This document shows, piece by piece, positions 55,256 through 64,000 of a stretch of 64,000 bases of DNA. The notes under the pieces were generated by a model. It had not been told where the DNA came from and made no database searches. It saw only the letters and a list, made by a program, of their open reading frames with translations. The stretch is from assembly GCF_009914755.1 (NCBI RefSeq), contig NC_060929.1; one strand, written 5' to 3'. Both the position numbers and the translations under genes were made by a program. Numbering within the stretch: the first letter of the stretch is position 1; each line of letters opens with the position of its first letter. Origin of the DNA: the human T2T-CHM13v2.0 reference genome, Homo sapiens.

Positions 55256-55787
55256 CCCCCGTTCTTACCCTCCCCAGCTCCATTTGCCAGGGTTTGACAC
55301 AAGTGATTCCATTTTGAGTCTTACAACTTTTACATTTCCCCGTTTTGATGAAGATCTTTCTCTGAAAGTATTGCAGATCAACTATTCTGTGGTTAGGTTT
55401 TGATTGTCCTGCTGTGCCAGGACAGACCTGTCCTTGGTTGCTGGTCTGGTCCTATGTCAGGGGAAGTGATTGGCAAAGAGGAGTTAGTGTCAAAATCCTC
55501 TTAGCCACATTTGAGCAACCAAGGAGGTCTGGAGAATGCGGCTGTCAGGCTAAGTCTACCCGGAGTCCACTGTTAAGTTTCATGTTGTCAGTTCCGTAAG
55601 TGTTAGTTATCATTTGAAGTGCTGGGCCAGCATTACTATTTTTGGAGTGTCATTCCTGCAGAGATTGGACAGACAACAGGTACAATGTTTAAAGGAAATA
55701 ATTCAGAGTAAATTGAATTATGCGTAACTCAATTATGTTCCAGCATAATTATTATTTATTATGCAGGAGCATAAAAAATTGAGTTTA

Positions 55788-56450
<663 letters not shown>

Positions 56451-59400
56451 CTAAACTAATCAAAAGGCCAGGGGGGAACTGGGCAAGGCCTGTTGTAGCC
56501 TTTGAGTAGCATTCCATGACTTGGCTGAATTAAAGCAGAGTGCCAACTCTACAAAAGGGACCACTAGCACAATTTGAACAAAGAGCTGTGTTAAGGATGT
56601 TGTTAAAGTTACCCACTAGATGGACTAAAGGAATTTTTAGGTCAAGTTCTGTCAAGTTACCCATAGCAGTTACTAACTGTGAAATTTTACCTTCGGCATA
56701 ATCCTGACAAGCAACAAAGGTAAGAGTGTAGGAGTCTCATTATAATATGGAGGCTTGCTCTGATGTCTTGGGAAAAGCTGTCTACAGCGTGAAGTTGGCA
56801 AATTGTTGTGCAAATGTCTCTGATTATGGCACTGGGCAGTTTGGTGAACTCTCTGTACGGTCCAAACATCAGGCACAAGATTTGTCCCTTGAAGTGCATT
56901 CAGTTTCAGCCTATAGGGCCTCAGGAAGACAACAGTTCTTGTTCTTTTTCTTAGTGGGAGGGTTGTAACCAGATATTGAGGAGAACTCGAATTCAGGATC
57001 TAGTACAGCCTACAGGTAGATAACAAGACCTCAAAAACAATTCACAGAGCTGCAGTCCAATGGCAGGTGATATTATAGTCATTCTGATATATTTGCCAAA
57101 GATAATTGGAGTAAGAATAATTTGCTTGTAAAATAAATTTAGTTTCATCAGATTTGGCCTGATTATTTACAAAAGTGTAGCAAGAATAGTGATTTAATCT
57201 TGGCTTGAACTTTTTTTCTTTTTTGAGGCTAGAGAGCCTCAAGGCAAACTTTGGATTTTATCTATAATGCCTATATGCAATTTTAAACATGACATGTTAC
57301 TAAAATCTTGGTAATACAATTGACATTTCTAGATGCATCTTGTTATAAAGAAAACAGATTTGTATGAACTTATGCAAATAGCTATATCATCATAAATTAA
57401 AAATTCACAAATAGTTTTTGAATTTTGAAGGATCAAGTTGGAAGAAAAAAAAAATGTTTTCACCTTCATTTATAATGCTAGACTTCACCAAATTGCTGTG
57501 AACTATGGGTAACTTAAAACAGAAAGTTGTATTTAGTCTGGAAAGCAAAACATTTAAGAATCAACAATGTTTCAAATAAAGAACCAACAACATTTCAAAC
57601 AAATATCAAAAAAATCATAATTTTTATCAGTTATTCAATCTCACATAATTTTGTTCTGCTTAATCTTGATTAGAAGTTTCATGAATCCATCAGTTTTTCA
57701 TTTGAGTTTTTAAAAGTTTTATAGTCCACTGATCTTAAAAGTTATTAGAAGCCTGTATTTAAGAGCACTCAGTAGAGTCTTTTTTTATTAACCTGATTGC
57801 AGATGCCTTTAGAGAAAAATCTACCTGTAGATGACAATAACTTACAATGATAATAATTAAAATTGGATAAAGTTCAGCAATCGACAAGGAAATTCAGTTA
57901 TTTCTATTGCATTTTAAGATAACAACCAGAATCATAATTGACAGCATCACATCAGAACTATTAGACTTTTATAAATGTCATATAATGTTTAAATATTCAC
58001 ATCAATAACATATCCACTTAAATATAAGTTTTAAAAGATCTAGTATCACTTTATTATTTGGCAGTGCTTTTTACATAATCTAAAATATCAAATAAGCCTA
58101 ACGAGAAATACATCCTTTGAGGCTTTTAAGGAAACCAACTGAAAAATCCCAAAGTCAATTTTAGGTTAAAAAGACTTTAATTATAATCTGATTTTGAGAA
58201 ATTTGTCAAAGATGTTAAAAGGCTTAAAATATTTAATTAAAATAGAATCACTTGTCATTGAGAAATAATAGTCACTTATTTACCCAGAATGATATTTAAA
58301 AGATGTCAAAAGCAAATGCAAAAAGTTACATAGTTGAGAGGAAAAAATCTTAGACCTGAATTAGAGATGACTTCATTTTCCCAAGTAATCAAAAACCTAA
58401 TAAAGATGGCACAAAGCACACGAAACTGCCTTACAACACACTATCTCTGTTTCTTAGGCTGTTTATCTAAAAGGTAGAAACAAAACAAAACACATCTCCT
58501 ACAATATGACTGCTTCTTTTTATTGGAAGCCTGTTTGGATAACCTGGAAGTCAAACCTGATGAAAAAAGTACTTGAATTCAATCAGGTAATGGAATAGTA
58601 GGCATCTAAGGTTGTTCGTGTACACCAATATTATAGAAGAATCATATAATCAAGAGAACCAATACCTGAGCAGGGGAATGCATGGCTTCCAGAAAAACTA
58701 AAAGAATGTGAGACTGCCCGGTTACATACAGCAATTTAGGCACCACGAGAAAATCTAAGAGTACAGAATCAAGTTCTATAAAAGAAAACATTGTTCTCTT
58801 AGGCCTTAGCGAAGCACTCTCAGCATCAAACCGCAACAGCAGTCAGATCTGGAGTGGTAAAAGCTATAGCAAAAGACGAAAAATTTGAGGGAGAAAGTCA
58901 CCGCTTTAGTTAAGCAAAAAGATGTGCCTTTTTAAGGAGAGAAGGAAGAGGAGTGGAAGGCAATGATGCATGACCCACAGATTGCATGTAGTGACATGGG
59001 TAAGAAGCCAGACCCTTGAGATCCTGAATCAGAAACACTTTAAGAGGAAGACTCTACACTGAGAAATAAAATCATCATTTTAAATGAAGAAGACAGCACT
59101 TCCAACTTGAAATTAGATAGAAACTGTAAAACAGGAAAAAGCTGTAGTTCAGAAGATGGCTGGAAATTTAAAGAAACCAATTTCAAAATTGAAATCAAAA
59201 CCCTTTACGATGCTTTGTTTTGTTTTTTCATAAGAGCAAATCAACATCTTAAGAAAACCCTGCTCCAAACATACAGGACAGACTCCAGGCCTTTATCAGT
59301 GTGCCCTGACATCAGTGCTCAATTCTCAGAAAACCTTGTAAACGATTCCCTTCTGATCCCAGCCAGCCTGGTCACACATGAAACTCCAGCTCCCTGTGCC

Positions 59401-59745
59401 AGGCCCATTCTTCACAAACTCTGCATGAGCTGCTCAACCCTTTCAGCATTCTCCTAAGCCCCCAGTCTTGGTCCTATGTTTCCCCCTTTTTATATATTGA
59501 AACATTCAGTTATTTTACCTTAGGACAAAAATTATCTTTATTCCCTTTGTCGCTGAGACCACACAACATTCTTTCCCATACAAAAATTATTTTGTGTATA
59601 TTTTGCATACAGAATATACATCTATTACATATATTAATTTGAAGTTTTAATTTTTAGTAACCTTAAGTTTTAGTAAAAACCCAGAAAGTAACTTTGAACT
59701 ATTATATCCTGTGGATATATTAACAGCTCATGACTATATGTTTTA

Positions 59746-60117
<372 letters not shown>

Positions 60118-60279
60118 TTATAGAACAACTTCTGAATGTGGAGGAAGACACATTTATTTACTAATAGACCCAAATGTCTTTTGTCTTTTTATACAATTTA
60201 GGAAACCAAAAGTAAGTAAACTTGAATCTCTGTTTAACAATTCATGTTTCAGTATTTTATTTAGAAATGACCCAGCTAT

Positions 60280-60502
60280 AGAACACATGGACACAGGGAG
60301 GGGAACAACACACACTGGGGCCTGAAGGGTGGAGGAGGTACGGCGGGAGGGAGAGCATCAGGATAAATAGCTAATGCATGCTGGGCTTAATACCTAGGTG
60401 ACAGGTTGATAGATGCAGCAAACCACCATGGCACATGTTTACCTATGTAACAAATCTGCACAGCCTGCACACGTATCCAGGAACTTAAAAAAAAAGAAAA
60501 AA
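60280..60502 (+). mobile_element. L1PA 3' end (L1PA8-10-like), 5'-truncated
   Basis: GAACACATGGACACAGGGAGGGGAACAACACACACTGGGGCC...GCAGCAAACCACCATGGCACATGTTTACCTATGTAACAAA; TSD AGAAATGACCCAGCTAT / AGAAACGACTCAGTTAT. Confidence 0.93.
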
Positions 60503-62055
60503 AGAAACGACTCAGTTATTTTATGAGTCTCTATTATTTAATTCAACGTAACATATCTAAGATTTCAAATTCCATGAAAAGTTTAACTATAAACATTTAT
60601 TCCATTTATATTCACTTTATTTTTAACAATTGTACCTAGATTACTTATGCAAACTGAGATGTTAGACAGAGCTAGTTATTATTTCAAATTATTTTCCTGT
60701 CAAAGAAAAACCCTAAAAGTTAAAGTATTGTCTTTAATATACAGGAAACAATGGACATCGCATTGCACTCTTTTCTGTACTTTTGTTCTTAGGTCAAACA
60801 CGTACTTTTATGATTTTAAATCATTTAACAGAGACAAATATAACCTTTGGCCAAGAAACCCAGGACCCCCCCCCCCACAAAAACAATAATGTGTACTAAC
60901 AATTCTGAAGGTATCTTCATTTTCATTTTGTCAACCAATTTAAAGTCAGCCTATTTATCAAAGATAATTAAGTCAGATGACCTAAAAGGAATTTAGGATA
61001 ATTACTATATTTGTGATAAATTATTTTATGTAAGTGCTTGTTTTTTCTTTAAGCCAATTGAGTTATTTTACACATTTTGGTAGAAAAATATCATATAGCA
61101 TATAAACATTTTTAAAATTATATAAACATATAGACAAAGATCTTACAGTTTTAATTTAAGAAATTTTGTCATGAATAAAACATAGTAATATAAAGTCATT
61201 AGTTTATAAAAAGAGAATTGAATTCTAAATATATGTCTGACAAAATGGAACAAGGCTAAACTCGGAGGTTTTTCATTTGCCCCGATAGCTAATCTTATGA
61301 AGGCTCTGAACCAAATTATGTGAGGAGGCTTCAAAGATAAAACTTACTCTAACAAGGTCTGTGCGGTATTTCCTTCGCTTTAATTCCTGGTCCTTGAAGA
61401 TAAGAGTGTTGCTTTTCCTTCTAGTTCAGGGAGTTTGTCTTTTACATGGGAATTGCATCTTTTGCTTTTAAGAAACAGCATGAAGGTCAAATGATTCTTT
61501 TTTGTACCTGCTGTTTTTCAAGTGTTGTTACTTATATAGTCAGTATGCCAGAATAGCTGAGGAGTTTTGGAAAATAGATTTTAGCTTGAGGAGGAGGCGT
61601 GGGAAGGTGGGCAAGGCTCCCAAGGGGAGACAGCCCAGCTGGCTTTGAGACAGTGTTTTGCAGGAAGGCAGTCCTTGAGTCCTGGGTGCAGCTTGAAGCT
61701 TTGAGTTACCCACTGAGATGCCCATCCTATCTGGACTATCTGATTTTAAGTCGGAGTCTTTTCGTATAGTTCTAAGAAAAACAAACCGTTTGAATGACCT
61801 CCATAATGTTTGAACGTGTCACCAGCTAGAGTCCCAGAAGAAGGGAACTATCTTAGCCTGCCTTTGAACTTTAAGAGCCCATACTTTAAACCAATGTATC
61901 GAGGCAAGTCAGCACTAAGGCCAAGCACATAAAAGCAAAATATCAGGCGTGCAAAATGAAACCAAAGAATAAGGTATGTGCTCACTGGGAAGGACGACAA
62001 AGCCTTCTTTAACAGGAGGGAAAGTCCCTCATAAATCAGGAGAAGAAAAGGCCCT

Positions 62056-62421
62056 TGTATCAGTCCATTTTTATGCTGCTGAAAAAGACATACCTTAGAC
62101 TGGGCGATTTACAAACGAAAGAGGTTTAATTGGACTCACAGTTCCACATGGCTGGGGAGGCCTCACAATCATGGCAGAAGGGAAGGAGGAGCAAATCGCA
62201 TCTACATACATGGCAGAAGGCAAAAAAAAAAAAAGAAAGAGAGCTTGTGCAGGGGAACTCCTCTTTTTAAAACCATCAGATCTCATGAGACTTATTCACT
62301 ATCAACAGAACAGCATGGGAAAGACTTGTTCCCATGATTCAATTGCCTCTCACCAGGTCCCTCCCACAACACGTGGGAATTCAAGATGAGATTTGGGTGG
62401 GGACACAGCCAAACCATATCA
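62056..62421 (-). mobile_element. THE1B-like solo LTR nested in the ERV internal region
   Basis: TGTATCAGTCCATTTT...GATTTGGGTGGGGACACAGCCAAACCATATCA; TSD GCCCT/CCCCT. Confidence 0.93.
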
Positions 62422-62662
62422 CCCCTCTTAATAGGAGACCTCAGCAGCAGGAGGGGAAAAGACCCCTCACAAACAAAACCCAAATAAAACCAAAGAACTC
62501 AACTGAAACAAAAATGAGAGCTCAACTCAAGAAAGAGTCATGGTACCGGGGGAGGAAGCAACCCCTGGAAGCCAGGGGCAGGGACACTCAAGGAGCCCCA
62601 GAGTGGGCACCCCATGCAATCCTTCCAGGGGCGTTGATCTCTCCAAGGTGAGTCAGCTTCAA

Positions 62663-62680
62663 ACCCCACTTCTGACAACA
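62663..62680 (-). other. retroviral primer-binding site, tRNA-Leu(CAA) type
   Basis: The + strand ACCCCACTTCTGACAACA matches the tRNA-Leu(CAA) 3' end ATCCCACTTCTGACACCA at 16/18 and lies 5 nt from the LTR end. Confidence 0.8.
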
Positions 62681-62685
62681 GGTTA

Positions 62686-63240
62686 TGTCAACATAAAAAA
62701 AAAGAGAGCTGAATCTCTAAATAAGAAGGTTTAATTTGGAATAATATACAAGAAGTAGGATTACAATCTGGGACATCCATACAGACCAGGGTGACCTCTG
62801 GTGGGTACAGAGAACAAAGGAAAAGTTAGAGTTGATAGGGGAAAGAGGAGTTGCCCCATGTTGTTTTGAAAGAAAGTTCACTGGGGCTGGCAGTGACTTG
62901 CAAGAGCTGGTGCGTGCCAACGGGCAAATGTGAGCGGTTGCTGGGTGTGACTTGCAATCTTGGAGCTAGGGTTAGGTCCTTGTCATTTTGTATGGGGCTT
63001 GTGTGACAATGTGCCAGGCGAGTGTTCTTGTGTGAGCAGGGGGCTGTCCTGGTGCTGCTGGCTGCCCTGGTGCTGCTGGCTGCCCTCGTGTGACTCCTTA
63101 GTGAGCTCCAGTTTGGGAAAATTTCTTGTGAGAGCTCTCATTATCAGGCAAATGGTACGTGAGAACCCCCGCTGCTTCCCTGGCACTATTTGTCAGAGGT
63201 TGACACAAGTGACTCCATTTTGAATCTGACAACTTTCACA
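62686..63240 (-). mobile_element. ERV 5' LTR (MER31/MER67-like)
   Basis: On - it runs TGTGAAAGTTGTCAGATTCAAAATGGAGTCACTTGTGTCAACC...GTTGACA. It contains an 18-bp tandem repeat at 63042-63086. Confidence 0.88.
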
Positions 63241-63748
63241 GTGTGCACTCCTTGTGTATTAAACTGGAATTTATGGCTCTCTATGTGTGGTGAAGATCTG
63301 TGCACGGGTGCACCCAACTGCCTAGGCACCACCTGGCATGGAGGAACCTCCCATCTCTCACTGCCTCCCCCCGTTTCACCTGTTCTCTGCCCACCAGAGT
63401 GGACTTCATTCTGTTCCTGGCCTGGGGCAAGGCTAGATCAGCCCCACACAGGCCACCATGACCCTTCCAGGTTGGGTTGATCCTGCCCATTCTATGCTTC
63501 TCCACACCTGCCCCTCCTCCTGGCACCCCGACTGGTTCATAGCCCTCACCACCCTGTTGTAAAGTCCAGTTTCCTGGTTGTAGGGTGCTCAATAAGCATC
63601 TGTTACAAGAACAAGTGGAGGAGAGTGAACAAATCCCCGGGGATTCTGATGAGGCCTCAGAGAGGGCTGGACCTGTGGAAGCCCAGAAAAAAAAAAGTCC
63701 TGAATGATTGAATCATGTCTCTGCAGGGTCACATTTCCTATCTCAGGC

Positions 63749-63930
63749 AGGTTGCCAAATTTAACAATTAAAAATACAGACTGCCCAGTCAAAGTTGAAT
63801 TTCAGATAAACAGCGAGTGATTTTTTAGTGTAAGTATGTCCCAAATGTGGTATGGGACATTCTTACACTAAAATGTTGATTGTTTTTATCTGAAATTCAA
63901 ACTTAACTGCACATCCTATGTCTATTTCAA
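63749..63930. mobile_element. MER53 palindromic hAT-family MITE
   Basis: GGTTGCCAAATTTAACAATTAAAAATACAG...TTGAATTTCAGATAAAC...TAAGTATGTCCCA...TGGGACAT...TTTATCTGAAATTCAAA, self-complementary. Confidence 0.9.
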
Positions 63931-63942
63931 CTGTACACTAAA

Positions 63943-63987
63943 GCATCCTGTACCCCAGGGCATCCTGTACCCCAGGGCATCCTGTAC
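63943..63987 (+). repeat. 17-bp tandem repeat (GCATCCTGTACCCCAGG) x ~2.6
   Basis: Direct reading. Confidence 0.9.
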
Positions 63988-64000
63988 GCTAGAGCATTCT

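Noticed and set aside
62655-62680. tRNA gene
   Set aside because: Only the 3'-terminal ~20 nt match, which is explained as a retroviral PBS; no cloverleaf or A-box
63041-63086. RE1/REST-like motif GGGGCTGTCC-TGGTGCTG in the LTR 18-bp repeat
   Set aside because: The half-site spacer is 1 nt rather than the canonical 2, and the terminal GAA is missing

Overview
Human (hominid) genomic DNA, not prokaryotic. The six-frame ORFs are almost all spurious, and many are Alu-, LTR- or microsatellite-derived. The only supportable coding sequence is the last exon of UBE2QL1 (ubiquitin-conjugating enzyme E2Q family-like 1; 5p15.31 from memory). It lies on + at 35578-35709 and encodes GRICRKAGKSKKSFSRKEAEATFKSLVKTHEKYGWVTPPVSDG*. 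Bases 1-35577 are the 3' part of its large intron. A ~5.4 kb 3'UTR with proximal and distal poly(A) signals follows, to about 41085. The rest is intergenic and rich in Alu, L1, MIR, L2, hAT elements and MaLR solo LTRs. It also holds an old two-LTR ERV1 (MER31/MER67-like) provirus on the - strand (~54122-63240) with a tRNA-Leu PBS and several nested insertions. I found no convincing new biological system. The most unusual signals are short-range templated-copy events downstream of the gene: a 146-bp ~95% duplicate of 3'UTR sequence, a 102-bp ~85% duplicate, a 223-bp near-identical tract shared by two otherwise unrelated Alus (probable gene conversion), and several template-switch-like palindromes. 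Also notable are a candidate frame-preserving cryptic exon, U1 sites flanking the distal poly(A) site, and a miR-1302-like MER53 hairpin. Repeat subfamily names are recognised by eye and need RepeatMasker/Dfam confirmation.
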